Of a stretch of 64,000 nucleotides of DNA, positions 38,095 through 47,507 are shown in pieces (the stretch's first letter is position 1; each line of letters begins with the position of its first letter). This stretch comes from Clostridia bacterium (lineage in GTDB: Bacteria > Bacillota > Clostridia > Oscillospirales > CAG-272): NCBI GenBank assembly GCA_900763885.1, contig CAAFLY010000247.1, positions 383-64,382 of the forward strand, written 5' to 3'. The notes beneath the pieces were generated by a model, which searched no databases, had not been told where the DNA came from, and worked only from the letters and a program-made list of their open reading frames with translations. Both the position numbers and the translations under genes were made by a program.

Positions 38095-38128
38095 TAAAAA
38101 AGCCGGATCTGCACCTGTACAGACCCGG
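38095..38128 (-). terminator. Intrinsic terminator after tRNA-Ala
   Basis: Minus strand: CCGGGTCTG-loop-CAGATCCGG followed by CTTTTTT. Confidence 0.6.
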
Positions 38129-38141
38129 TTATGGTAAAAAA

Positions 38142-38214
38142 TGGAGCATAGGGGGATCGAACCCCTGACCTCAAGATTGCGAACCTTGCGCTCTCCCAGC
38201 TGAGCTAATGCCCC
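38142..38214 (-). tRNA. tRNA-Ala (anticodon CGC)
   Basis: 73-nt cloverleaf GGGGCAT-TA-GCTC..GAGC-G-CAAGG-TTCGCAA-TCTTG-AGGTC-AGGGG-TTCGATC-CCCCT-ATGCTCC-A. Has the G3:U70 identity pair; CCA is not encoded. Confidence 0.95.
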
Positions 38215-38330
38215 GTCATCGAACGGTATTATTATAGCGCATTTTCCTCCGAATTGCAATAGGTTTTTCAAAAAAAATCCGGGTTTTGTGAAATTTCCGC
38301 TGGATTTTTCGCGCGCTCCCGCTTTTGCGG

Positions 38331-38359
38331 TAGACTTTTCGCGGAATGTGTGGTATAAT
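38331..38359 (+). promoter_or_regulatory. Sigma-A-type promoter for the GH35 gene (TAGACT-17-TGG-TATAAT)
   Basis: TAGACT 38331-38336, 17-nt spacer, extended -10 TGGTATAAT 38351-38359. Confidence 0.55.
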
Positions 38360-38391
38360 ACGGGTGAAAACGCCCCACAATGGAGGAAATC

Positions 38392-40164
38392 ATGGCAATT
38401 CTGACCTACGACGAAAAACAGTTCTATCTGGACGGCAAGCCGTACCGGATCATCTCGGGCGCGATGCACTATTTCCGGATCCCGCGGGAATACTGGCGCG
38501 ACCGGCTCATGAAGCTGAAGGAATGCGGCTTCAATACACTCGAAACGTACACCTGCTGGAACCTGCATGAGCCGGAGGAGGGAAAATTCGACTTCACCGG
38601 GATGCTGGATCTCGCCGCGTACATCGATCTTGCGGCGGAGCTTGGGCTCAACGTGATCCTGCGGCCGGGTCCGTACATCTGCTCGGAATGGGATTTCGGC
38701 GGACTGCCGGCGTGGCTGCTCAAATACGACAAGATCGCGCTCCGCTGCAACGATCCCGCGTTCCTTGAGAAGGTGCGGCGGTACTACCACGCGCTCTTTC
38801 GCGAGGTGGGCGACCGCCTGTCCACGCGCGGCGGCAATGTAGTGATGGTGCAGATCGAAAACGAATACGGCAGCTACGGCAACGATCACGACTATATGCG
38901 CGCCGTGGTGGACATTTACCGCGAGTGCGGCGTGGACTGCCTGCTCTTTACCTCGGACGGCGCGTGCGATTGGATGCTGAACGGAGGGACGCTGCCGGAA
39001 TTCCTCTCCGTAGCGAATTTCGGCTCCCGCGCAAAGCAGAATTTCGACGCCCTCAACGATTTCCGCCGCAAGGGGAACCGTTCGATGGGCCCGACAATGT
39101 GCGGCGAATTCTGGAGCGGCTGGTTCGATCACTGGTATGAGGAGCATCACGTGCGCCCGACCTCCGAGATCATCGACTGCTTCCGAGAAATGCTCGATTA
39201 CGGCGCGTCGCTGAACTTCTATATGTTCCACGGCGGCACGAATTTCGGCTTTACCAACGGCGCGAACCATACGGGCGTGTATCAGCCGACGATCACAAGC
39301 TACGACTACAACGCGCCCTTGACCGAGGCCGGGGACATCACGCCGACGTATCTGGCCATGCGCGCGCTCGTGGAGGAGTACGAGGGGATCAAGCTGCCGC
39401 CGCTGACGGTCAAAAACAGCGAAAAGGCGGCATACGGCAAGGTGCAGCTCACGGAATCGGCACCGATCTGCCGCGCGGTCCGCGAAACTGCCGCCCCGAT
39501 CCCTATGCCCGCGCCGGTCTACATGGAGGAGATCGGGCAGTACCACGGGTTCGCGATGTATTCCACGGTGATCCATGGACCGATCTCCGGCGTGAAGCTC
39601 GAGTTTGATGTGCTGCACGACCGCGCGACGGTATTCATGGACGGCAGCTTCTGCGGCATCTTCGAGAGAGACCGCCGGAGTGCCGATGTGCCGCTGAGCC
39701 TTGATCACGGTCAGTCGGTGCGTCTGGACATCTTCGTCGAGGATATGGGGCGCGTCAACTACGGTCCGAAGCTGCGCGACCGCAAGGGGGCTGTCGGGAT
39801 CCGGTTCGGTCAGCAGTACCACTTCGGCTGGGAGATGATCCCCCTCAAGCTGGACAACCTCGCCCCTGTGACCTATGACAAAACCCCGGACGGCCCCGCG
39901 GAAGGCACGAATCTCCTGCGCGGCAGTCTGGAAATCGACGGCGCGCCGCGGGATACGTTCATCAAGCTCGACGGCTTCCACCACGGCATCGTCCTCGTCA
40001 ACGGCTTCAATCTGGGCCGCTATTACCTCGACGCCGGTCCGCAAAAGACCCTCTACTGCCCCGCCCCGATGCTCCGTACCGGCAAGAACGAGATCCTCGT
40101 CCTCGAAACCGACGGCTACGACCGCGCGGAAATCGAATTCACAGACGTCCCGGATCTGGGCTGA
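38392..40164 (+). CDS. Beta-galactosidase, GH35
   Basis: Start ATG 38392 behind GGAGGAAATC. GAMHYFRIPREYWRDRLMKLKECGFNTLETY and QIENEYGSYG (acid/base Glu) are GH35 hallmarks. Confidence 0.9.
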   Translation: MAILTYDEKQFYLDGKPYRIISGAMHYFRIPREYWRDRLMKLKECGFNTLETYTCWNLHEPEEGKFDFTGMLDLAAYIDLAAELGLNVILRPGPYICSEWDFGGLPAWLLKYDKIALRCNDPAFLEKVRRYYHALFREVGDRLSTRGGNVVMVQIENEYGSYGNDHDYMRAVVDIYRECGVDCLLFTSDGACDWMLNGGTLPEFLSVANFGSRAKQNFDALNDFRRKGNRSMGPTMCGEFWSGWFDHWYEEHHVRPTSEIIDCFREMLDYGASLNFYMFHGGTNFGFTNGANHTGVYQPTITSYDYNAPLTEAGDITPTYLAMRALVEEYEGIKLPPLTVKNSEKAAYGKVQLTESAPICRAVRETAAPIPMPAPVYMEEIGQYHGFAMYSTVIHGPISGVKLEFDVLHDRATVFMDGSFCGIFERDRRSADVPLSLDHGQSVRLDIFVEDMGRVNYGPKLRDRKGAVGIRFGQQYHFGWEMIPLKLDNLAPVTYDKTPDGPAEGTNLLRGSLEIDGAPRDTFIKLDGFHHGIVLVNGFNLGRYYLDAGPQKTLYCPAPMLRTGKNEILVLETDGYDRAEIEFTDVPDLG

Positions 40165-40225
40165 GGAGACACGGGGAACGGTCGCTTCTGAACCTGCGCG
40201 TTGGCACCCGAAGCACCGGATCCAA
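40165..40225 (+). repeat. Degenerate or truncated arm of the element
   Basis: Starts on the nt after the GH35 stop: GGAGACACGGGGAACGGTCGCTTCTG..GAAGC. It lacks the AACTTTTAT box. Confidence 0.45.
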
Positions 40226-40334
40226 CCGTCTGCTTGAAGCGATCGCGTCCATATGCTTCCTTTTTACGCAGCAAAACCGCCGGTCGTATGGTGCGGTCGA
40301 TTCCCCCTGTGCGATGGTTCTCCCCTGCGTAATG

Positions 40335-40380
40335 AAAAAGTGCGATCCCTGCCATTTTTTGGTACAGGACCGCACTTTTT
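40335..40380. terminator. Bidirectional intrinsic terminator
   Basis: AAAAAGTGCGATCCCTG-loop-CAGGACCGCACTTTTT between the convergent GH35 (+) and TM2 (-) genes. Confidence 0.7.
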
Positions 40381-40384
40381 CTAT

Positions 40385-40801
40385 TCAGCGAACGTAGTAG
40401 GGATTGGGTTTCATAAGCAGAGCGATGATGTCGCAGATCCATCCGATGCCGAACAGACCACCCGTGAAGAGGTAGAGGATGCCCATGCCCACTCTTCCCT
40501 CATAGAATTTGTGAGCACCAAGACCGCCTAAGAAGAAGCAGAGCAGAAAAGCAACCCATTTGTTCTTTTCGCGTCCAGCCGCACCGTTCACATTGGTGTT
40601 CGTGTTGACATTGCTGTTGTTGATGACGATCGGCTGTTGCTGCTGCGCGGATTTGACCTCTTCCACCTGACAGCCGCAAAGCGGGCAGATCACCGCTTCC
40701 TCCGCAATGGTGCCGCCGCAGTGCTTGCAGAACTTCGTCTTTCCATTCGTCGCAGGATTCTGAGCCGCCGTGTTTTCCGCTGTGTTGTTTCCGTTGTTCA
40801 T
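40385..40801 (-). CDS. Zinc-ribbon plus TM2-domain membrane protein
   Basis: 138 aa from ATG 40801 (RBS AGGAGG). CKHCGG..CPLCGC zinc ribbon, N/Q-rich linker, TM2-like FLGGLGAHKFYEGRVGMGILYLFTGGLFGIGWICD. AT-rich gene and upstream region. Confidence 0.75.
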   Translation of the reverse strand: MNNGNNTAENTAAQNPATNGKTKFCKHCGGTIAEEAVICPLCGCQVEEVKSAQQQQPIVINNSNVNTNTNVNGAAGREKNKWVAFLLCFFLGGLGAHKFYEGRVGMGILYLFTGGLFGIGWICDIIALLMKPNPYYVR

Positions 40802-41068
40802 AGATTGTACCTCCTGATAGATAAAATGTTTTTCGGGGGGTGCTATCGCCCTTATTATATCATAATAATCTATCCATTGGAAGTACTTTTTGATAATTTT
40901 TTCAAGAAAAATTGCAATTGTGCCGCTTCGACAAAAGCACGCACGGTCAGCCGGGGCAATCCTTGTCAAATGTTGACATCCGTCACTCTCACAAGAGACA
41001 TTTTTCCCTCAAAAAATCCACCCACAAAAACGCTCATATGATTTGAACAGAACCAAATTGTCAATCCA

Positions 41069-41172
41069 CCGGCCCTGCACAAACTAGACCTGAATCCATC
41101 CCCTCATAAAAGTTTTGCGGAGCTTTTTCAAAAGCGACCGTTCCCCCGTTCCCCTCGTTCCCCGCGTCCCCC
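41069..41172 (-). repeat. Arm of the element abutting the comM-like stop codon
   Basis: CCGGCCCTGCACAAACTAGACC..CTCATAAAAGTTTTGCGGAGCTTTTTCAAAAGCGACCG plus four C-tracts (41143-41172); stop codon at 41174. Confidence 0.8.
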
Positions 41173-41173
41173 A

Positions 41174-42778
41174 TCAACGCCCGCCGAAGTATTTTTTGTC
41201 GAGGGCGCGTAGCTGGACGGCTTCAAGAAGGTGCCGTTTGGCGATGGGGCCGCCCGGGACGCCCGCACACGCCGCGCCGCCCGTTTGCGCTACCGATTCG
41301 AGATCGGCAAGGGTCCGCGCCACGCGGAGAATCCGGTCATAGGCACGCGCGGATATGTGGAGCCGGTTGAATACATCCTCCATCACCGCCGTCGTTTCGC
41401 TGTCCAGGGCGCAGAATCGGCGCAGAGCCTCCCCCGACAGACGGCTGTTCGAGAAGACCGGCTCCCCCGGTATGCCCGACTCCCGGGATCGACGGATAGC
41501 AAGCTCCCGCGCCGCTTTTACTCTGGCTCGAATCTCCGCCGACGGCTCCCCCGGCTTCGCCTCCGACAGCTCCGCAAAGGACAGCGCGGGCATCTCCATC
41601 TGGATGTCGATCCGGTCCAGCATCGGCCCGCTGATCTTTTCGAGATACGCCGCAATCGCCTTTTCGGTGCATTTGCACGGGTGCGCCTCGTCTCTGCTGC
41701 CGTAATACCCGCACGGACACGGATTCATCGCGCAGACCAGCAGAAAATCCGCCGGATACGTCACCCGGCCTGCCGCACGCGTGATCGTCACCTGCCTGTC
41801 CTCGATCGGCTGCCGCAGTGCTTCCATCGCGTCCTTGCGGAACTCCGGGAACTCGTCGAGAAACAGTACCCCGTGGTGCGCCAGCGAGATCTCTCCCGGC
41901 GACGGCACCTTTCCCCCGCCAACGAGCGACGCCGTGCTCAGGCTGTGGTGCGGCGAACGGAATACCCGGCTCTGTATGTACGGCAGCTCCTCCGACAGCA
42001 TCCCCGCGCATGAGTGGATTTTCGTCGCTTCGAGCGCTTCCTCCCGGTGCATCGGCGGCAGAATCGTCGGCAGCCGCTTCGCCAGCATCGATTTGCCCGA
42101 TCCCGGCGGCCCGATCAGGAGAATGTTGTGTCCCCCCGCCGCCGCGACCTCCATCGCCCGCTTCGCACGGAACTGCCCCTTGACCTCGGCAAAATCCACA
42201 TCGAATACCGGCTCCGCCACGTGCGCAAACGGATCCGCCGCGCTCGGCGCCATCCGCTCCCGGCCGTTCAGATGCAAAAGGAGCGTCGGGATGTCCGGCA
42301 CGCCGTAGATCGCGATTCCCTCCGTTTCCGCCACCGACGCCTCGCCTATGTTCGCCTCCGGCACGAAAATCTCCGTCTTGCCCGCGTGGATCGCCGCCAG
42401 CGTCATCCCCAGCACGCCGCGCACGCTCCGCACCTCGCCGGAAAACGAGATCTCCCCGATAAAGCACTTCGTCCCCATGTCGCACGACGGGGTGATCACG
42501 CCGCACGTCTGGTAGATCGCGCACAGAATCGCCAGCTCCAGCGCTGTGCCCTCCTTCTTCCGATCCGCCGGCGCCAGATTCACGCTGATCTCCAGCTCCG
42601 GGATCGCAAAGCCGCAGTTCTTCGCGCCGGTGTAGATCCGCAGCTCCGATTCCCGTACCGCGGCGTCCGGCAGGCCGACAATCTCAAACTCCGGCAGATT
42701 CCGCTCCGCTGTGCATTCCACCGTCACCAGAAATCCGTCAATTCCGTACAGCGCGGCTCCGCTTGTGATCGCTAACAT
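41174..42778 (-). CDS. YifB/ComM-family Mg-chelatase-like AAA+ ATPase
   Basis: 534 aa; N-terminal Lon-like domain; Walker A GPPGSGKSM, Walker B VLFLDE; C-terminal ChlI-type domain. Confidence 0.9.
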   Translation of the reverse strand: MLAITSGAALYGIDGFLVTVECTAERNLPEFEIVGLPDAAVRESELRIYTGAKNCGFAIPELEISVNLAPADRKKEGTALELAILCAIYQTCGVITPSCDMGTKCFIGEISFSGEVRSVRGVLGMTLAAIHAGKTEIFVPEANIGEASVAETEGIAIYGVPDIPTLLLHLNGRERMAPSAADPFAHVAEPVFDVDFAEVKGQFRAKRAMEVAAAGGHNILLIGPPGSGKSMLAKRLPTILPPMHREEALEATKIHSCAGMLSEELPYIQSRVFRSPHHSLSTASLVGGGKVPSPGEISLAHHGVLFLDEFPEFRKDAMEALRQPIEDRQVTITRAAGRVTYPADFLLVCAMNPCPCGYYGSRDEAHPCKCTEKAIAAYLEKISGPMLDRIDIQMEMPALSFAELSEAKPGEPSAEIRARVKAARELAIRRSRESGIPGEPVFSNSRLSGEALRRFCALDSETTAVMEDVFNRLHISARAYDRILRVARTLADLESVAQTGGAACAGVPGGPIAKRHLLEAVQLRALDKKYFGGR

Positions 42779-42799
42779 TTAGAATACCTCCCGATATTA

Positions 42800-42876
42800 G
42801 GGGATACGCGGCTTCTTGAAAGAAGCCTGGCAAGAACTTTTATACAGGGGATGGGGTGGATATAGTTTGTGCTGGG
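42800..42876 (+). repeat. Arm of the element upstream of the comM-like start
   Basis: GGGGATACGC, palindrome GGCTTCTT-GA-AAGAAGCC (42810-42827), TGGCAAGAACTTTTATA, GGGGATGGGGTGGATATAGTTTGTGCTGGG. Confidence 0.8.
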
Positions 42877-42887
42877 CAGTTTTTGTT

Positions 42888-43097
42888 TTACTCTGCTGAC
42901 TCGTTTTCTTGGGGCAGCTCTACCGTACTGGTGTCCAGCTTGCCGTGGATTCGCTCGTAGTAGGCGATATTTGTGCGCAGGAGGTGCAGGAAGTGGTTGT
43001 TCGGCGACCGTCCTTCCTTCTCCGCGACCGCGATAAACTTCTTATACATATCTTCATCCATCCGCGCTACAAACGCGATTTTGTTCTTCTGCGCCAT
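42888..43097 (-). CDS. Ribbon-helix-helix (Arc/CopG-like) DNA-binding protein
   Basis: 69 aa; KIAFVARMDEDMYKKFIAVAEKEGRSPNNHFLHLLRTNIAYYE fits a beta-strand/helix/helix RHH pattern. Confidence 0.6.
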   Translation of the reverse strand: MAQKNKIAFVARMDEDMYKKFIAVAEKEGRSPNNHFLHLLRTNIAYYERIHGKLDTSTVELPQENESAE

Positions 43098-43159
43098 ACC
43101 AATACTCCTTCTTTCCTTCTTACATCGATTTATTCCTTGAAAAGGAAGACGGTATTCTC

Positions 43160-43240
43160 CCCCTACCCATCAACCCATTCATAAAGGTTTCGTTCAGAAC
43201 GCGTAGCTTTCTGCCTTTTTCCAAAAGCCCCGCTTCGCCG
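43160..43240 (-). repeat. Degenerate arm of the element abutting the flippase stop
   Basis: CCCATCAACCCATTCATAAAGGTTTCGTTCAGAACGCGTAGCTTTCTGCCTTTTTCCAAAAGCCCCGC. Shares the CAGAA(C/T)GCG(T/C)AGCTTTCTG module with 52016-52035. Confidence 0.5.
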
Positions 43241-43241
43241 A

Positions 43242-44645
43242 TCAGCCCCTGCGCAACAGCTTCAGAGCAGCTTTGATCAGGTGGCGGAAGTTGAGGATTG
43301 TCACGACGGCGGTCAGAGCGATGGAGATCGGGAGATCATAGGGGACCTCGAGAATCATGACGGCGCAGAGGACGGTCACCAGGATCGCGCTGGCGATAAA
43401 GCGGCCGTTGTCCCAGCGGATGCGGACGGAGGTGCGGCTGTGGAAGAAGCGGATCACGAACATGACGAAATAGCTCACGCAGGTCGAGATCGCGCATCCC
43501 ATGGCGCCGAGCGGGTGAACGAGAATCAGGTTGCCGATCACGTTCAGGAGCGCGCCGATGAAGATCGTCACAAAGGTCGCCATGCTCCGCTTGTCCACCA
43601 GATACGCCGAGGTCAGGAAATTTGCGAGACAGCAGAACGTCGTCGCCAATACAAGCATCGGAACCTCGCGCCACGCCGGATAAAACGCCGGTGCCGCCAG
43701 AACGATCGTGGACAGCTTCGCGGTCGCCATCAGCCACGCCGCGCCGGTGAACGCCACCGCCTGATACACCTTTGCCACATTGGAGAAGAGCTGCTCCCGC
43801 TCCTCCCGCGGCTGATTCACGAACGCCGACAGCTGCCACGCGTAGGTGAAGATGTTCGAGATGATGATGAGGATCGTCGGCACCTTGTTCGAGATGGAGT
43901 ACAGGCCGTTTTCCACCGTGCCGAGGACGGACGTGATGATGAACCGGTCGGAAATGTTGATGACCCAGCTGCAAATCGTCGTCGGGATCAGCGGGATTGC
44001 GTACCGGAGCATGTCCCAGTCGGCGGCGCGCCGTTCCTTCGGCAGAATCGCCGCGAGGGAGAACGCCCGCCACTGCCTGTCCTTGATGATGCAGAACGCC
44101 GCGCACGTGAAGTCCGCCAAAACGCTCGACAGCACGTACCCCGGCACGCCCCACCGGAACACGGCGAGGAATAGGATGTTCAGTCCGATATTGACCGCGG
44201 TGCATAGGATCCCCGCCTCCGCGTAGAGCCGCACATTTCCGCCCGACCGTGCAAACTGGCTGCACGCCGCGTAGAAATTCGACGCGATCACGTAGAAGCA
44301 CATGAGGATCGTGTACCCGTGCGTGTACGGGATCAGATTCAGGAGCGGATACAGCAGAAGGAGCGCCGCCGAGCCGAACGCGGTCACGACGATCCCGAAT
44401 GTATACACGGAACGGCGATCCGTCTCCTGGTCCATCCCGAACCGGATCACGGCGTTGGCGATCCCCACGGACGCGATCGGGATGAGCAGATTCGCCAGCT
44501 GCACCACGTTGTCCATGACGCCGTATTCCGCCTCGGACAGCACCCGCGTGTAAAACGGCGTCAGCAGGAACACCAGCAGCTTCGACCCGAACGTACTCAG
44601 TGCGATCAGCGCCGTATTCGTCATTAGCTTTTTATATACATTCAT
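43242..44645 (-). CDS. Polysaccharide/oligosaccharide flippase (MOP/Wzx family)
   Basis: 467 aa, about 12-14 TM segments; N-terminus NTALIALSTFGSKLLVFLLTPFYTRVLSEAEYGVMD is typical of this family. Confidence 0.8.
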   Translation of the reverse strand: MNVYKKLMTNTALIALSTFGSKLLVFLLTPFYTRVLSEAEYGVMDNVVQLANLLIPIASVGIANAVIRFGMDQETDRRSVYTFGIVVTAFGSAALLLLYPLLNLIPYTHGYTILMCFYVIASNFYAACSQFARSGGNVRLYAEAGILCTAVNIGLNILFLAVFRWGVPGYVLSSVLADFTCAAFCIIKDRQWRAFSLAAILPKERRAADWDMLRYAIPLIPTTICSWVINISDRFIITSVLGTVENGLYSISNKVPTILIIISNIFTYAWQLSAFVNQPREEREQLFSNVAKVYQAVAFTGAAWLMATAKLSTIVLAAPAFYPAWREVPMLVLATTFCCLANFLTSAYLVDKRSMATFVTIFIGALLNVIGNLILVHPLGAMGCAISTCVSYFVMFVIRFFHSRTSVRIRWDNGRFIASAILVTVLCAVMILEVPYDLPISIALTAVVTILNFRHLIKAALKLLRRG

Positions 44646-44672
44646 AATTTTGTATCTCCGTGGATTTAGAAA

Positions 44673-44930
44673 GGGGGAACGAGGGGATACGGTCGCTTTT
44701 GAAAAAGCTCCGCAAAACTTTTATGAAAAGGTTGTATGGATTTCGTTTGTGCAAATCCATGTGCGCACCCATACAGCTCCGTCCCCACTGACTTTAGTCA
44801 GTGACCCGACAGGTATCGTTCGCGAGCGGCTCCCATGCGTTTAGCTTGCTAAACTCCGTAATCCGCTTTCTACGGGAGCAATTGCGTCCATGGATTTATT
44901 TTTAGTGGCAGGATGCCTCAATTACAGTTT
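44673..44930 (+). repeat. Solo long arm of the element
   Basis: GGGGGAACGAGGGGATACGGTCGCTTTTGAAAAAGCTCCGCAAAACTTTTATG..TTTGTGCAAATCC..ATCGTTCGCGAGCGGCTCCC..ATCCGCTTTCTACGGGAGCAATTGCG..AGTGGCAGGATGCC. Collinear with the long arms at 10264 and 50581. Confidence 0.75.
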
Positions 44931-45035
44931 TGAGGCTTAGGTCCATGTCCCGTTTCTCACACCATCACAACATAGTATACCACAAAAGGGGGCTTTATGG
45001 AATAGGATTCTGTGAATTTTTGGTTGACGGCAAGG

Positions 45036-45070
45036 AAAAAGTCCCTTTATCCTGTGGATAAAAGGACTTT
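45036..45070 (-). terminator. Intrinsic terminator ending the ribosomal protein / rpoA / rplQ transcription unit
   Basis: Minus strand: AGTCCTTTTATCC-aca-GGATAAAGGGACT followed by TTTTT. Confidence 0.75.
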
Positions 45071-45133
45071 CTATAATCCGTCAAGCCAAGAGCACCGATG
45101 CATCGGTGTTCCTTAGAATTTGCGTCAGCGAAT

Positions 45134-45478
45134 TCAGTCTACCAGCTTGATGAGTGCCATTTCGGCTGCGTCACCGCGACGGGGCCCGAGCTTGTAGATC
45201 TGGGTGTAACCACCGTTGCGATCTGCGTACTTCGGAGCGACCTCGTCGAAGAGCTTCTTGACTACGTCTTCCTTGGTGATATAGGCGAGAGCAGCACGGC
45301 GGGAAGCTAAGGTATTCTTCTTGCCGAGCGTGATCATTTTTTCAGCGATGGCACGGACTTCCTTGGCGCGGGTCAGCGTGGTTTCGATGGAACCGTTTTC
45401 AATCAGGTAGGTTACCATGCCACGAAGCATAGCGTTTCTGTGAGCCGTGGGTCTGCCGAGTTTTCTGGTACCGGGCAT
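45134..45478 (-). CDS. rplQ: 50S ribosomal protein L17
   Basis: [21 protein letters not shown].. is the canonical L17 N-terminus. Confidence 0.95.
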   Translation of the reverse strand: MPGTRKLGRPTAHRNAMLRGMVTYLIENGSIETTLTRAKEVRAIAEKMITLGKKNTLASRRAALAYITKEDVVKKLFDEVAPKYADRNGGYTQIYKLGPRRGDAAEMALIKLVD

Positions 45479-45610
45479 ATTCCATGTCCTCCTTATGCAT
45501 TATGGGTTGTTCCCGTTCTCTCCGGCAGTCTGGGACCGCGCGGATACCTCCGACAATGAGGGCGGGAGTGAAAATCATATATATGGGGTAGGATCCGCGA
45601 AGGGCAGTCC

Positions 45611-46582
45611 TTATTCCTCTTCCTTTTTGAGGTCGAGTCCGAGGGAATGCAGCTTCTGGATCACTTCTTCAAGCGACTTCTTACCGAGGTTACGCACCTT
45701 CATCATGTCGTCCTCGGTTCGGTTGATCAGATCTTCAACGGTATCAATGCCGGCGCGCTTCAGACAATTGAAGCTGCGGACGGACATGTCAAGCTCCTCA
45801 ATGGTCATCTCAAGGACCTTTTCTTTGACGGTTTCTTTACTTTCCACCATGATCTCTGCATTCTTTGCTTCGTCTGAAAGATCGACGAACAAGTTGAGAT
45901 GCTCGTTGAGTATCTTGGCGCCGAGAGAAATCGCTTCTTTCGCGAGGATCACGCCGTTGGTCAGCACCTCGAGTGTGAGTCTGTCATAATCGGTGTTGCT
46001 GCCCACGCGGGTATTCTCGACGGTATAATTCACGTTATAGACCGGCGTATAGATCGAGTCGGTAAAAATGGTACCGATCGGAGCAGAGACGCCCTGGCTC
46101 TGCGCCAGATAGAGCTGCTTGTTCTTTTCCTGCGACACATAGCCTCTGCCGTGATCGAACGTAAGCTCCATGAAGAAGCGCACGTTGTCGCCGACGGTAG
46201 CGATGTGATGTTCCGGGTTGAGGATTTCGATGTCCGCGTCCTGCTTGATGTCGCCGGCAGTCACATCCGCGCCGCCCGTCACGTCGATCAGCACCGTTTT
46301 CGGGCCGTCGGTGTGGAGCTTGGCGGTAATGCCTTTGACGTTGAGGACGATTTCGGTCACGTCTTCCTTCACGCCGGGAATCGTGGAGATCTCGTGCAGC
46401 ACACTGTCGATCTTAATGCTGGTAACGGCAACTCCGGGCAGGGAGCTCAGGAGGACACGGCGCAGGGAATTTCCGAGCGTAATACCGTAGCCTCTCTCCA
46501 GGGGTTCGATTATAAACTTTCCGTTTCTGCCATCTTCACTCAGATTGATCGTCGCAATATTCGGCTTTTCAATCTCAATCAT
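45611..46582 (-). CDS. rpoA: DNA-directed RNA polymerase subunit alpha
   Basis: 323 aa; [26 protein letters not shown]; C-terminal domain [17 protein letters not shown]. Confidence 0.95.
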   Translation of the reverse strand: MIEIEKPNIATINLSEDGRNGKFIIEPLERGYGITLGNSLRRVLLSSLPGVAVTSIKIDSVLHEISTIPGVKEDVTEIVLNVKGITAKLHTDGPKTVLIDVTGGADVTAGDIKQDADIEILNPEHHIATVGDNVRFFMELTFDHGRGYVSQEKNKQLYLAQSQGVSAPIGTIFTDSIYTPVYNVNYTVENTRVGSNTDYDRLTLEVLTNGVILAKEAISLGAKILNEHLNLFVDLSDEAKNAEIMVESKETVKEKVLEMTIEELDMSVRSFNCLKRAGIDTVEDLINRTEDDMMKVRNLGKKSLEEVIQKLHSLGLDLKKEEE

Positions 46583-46861
46583 GTACTAATAACCCTCCGT
46601 TTCCAATGTTTGCAAATCCACACATTTGCTGTTGCGCTATCTCTCGCAAGGGGAAAGTCTCCAAAGCCGAACCGGACAGATGTCGGTCAGGCAACCGTCG
46701 GATGTGGCAAGGTGGGGAACCGAAAGGGGATCCTTTGCGATTCCGCCGCCATCCATACCGTGTCCATGAAACGGAGTGCCTCATGGATGATCCCATACTT
46801 CCCGGGCCACGCTGGGAGAAAACCGGGAAACGCTCTCGTGAAAGCGCGCTCTGGGGGATTA

Positions 46862-47488
46862 TTATTTGGAGTACAACTCGACGATGAGCTGTTCTTCGAA
46901 CGGGAAGTCGATGTCGTCACGCTTCGGCAGGGCAATCACCTTGGCGGTAGCGTTGGCGTGGTCGATTTCGAGCCACTTCGGGATCACAGCGGTCTCAGAG
47001 GTTTCGACGAGCATCTTGAACTTTTCGGAAGCCTTGCTCTTTTCACGGAGTGCGATCACGTCGCCGACCTTGCAGATGATGGACGGAATGTCTACCTTCT
47101 TGCCGTTTAAGGTGAAGTGTGCGTGGCGAACCATCTGGCGCGCTTCCTTACGGCTGGATGCGAGGCCCATTCTGTACACGACGTTGTCGAGACGGCACTC
47201 GAGGATGGTGAGCATATTTTCACCGGTAACGCCAGCCTTCTTGTCGGCCTTTACATAGTATTCGTGGAACTGCTTTTCCTGAACACCGTAGTAACGGCGT
47301 GCGGTCATCTTTTCTCTATGCTGGAGACCATATTCCTTGATGGTCTTGCGGCCTGCGCCGTGCTGACCCGGAACCGTGGCACGACGAGCGACGGCACACT
47401 TATCGGAGAGGCAGCGGTCGCCCTTGAGGAAAAGCTTTTTGCCTTCTCTGCGGCAGAGCTTGCAGGAAGGACCAGTATATCTTGCCAT
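46862..47488 (-). CDS. rpsD: 30S ribosomal protein S4
   Basis: [16 protein letters not shown].. Confidence 0.95.
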   Translation of the reverse strand: MARYTGPSCKLCRREGKKLFLKGDRCLSDKCAVARRATVPGQHGAGRKTIKEYGLQHREKMTARRYYGVQEKQFHEYYVKADKKAGVTGENMLTILECRLDNVVYRMGLASSRKEARQMVRHAHFTLNGKKVDIPSIICKVGDVIALREKSKASEKFKMLVETSETAVIPKWLEIDHANATAKVIALPKRDDIDFPFEEQLIVELYSK

Positions 47489-47507
47489 TTGTTATTTTCC
47501 TCCTAAA

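Noticed and set aside
42888-43097. RHH protein as the antitoxin of a toxin-antitoxin pair
   Set aside because: No toxin-like ORF is adjacent or overlapping, and the gene is flanked only by repeat arms.
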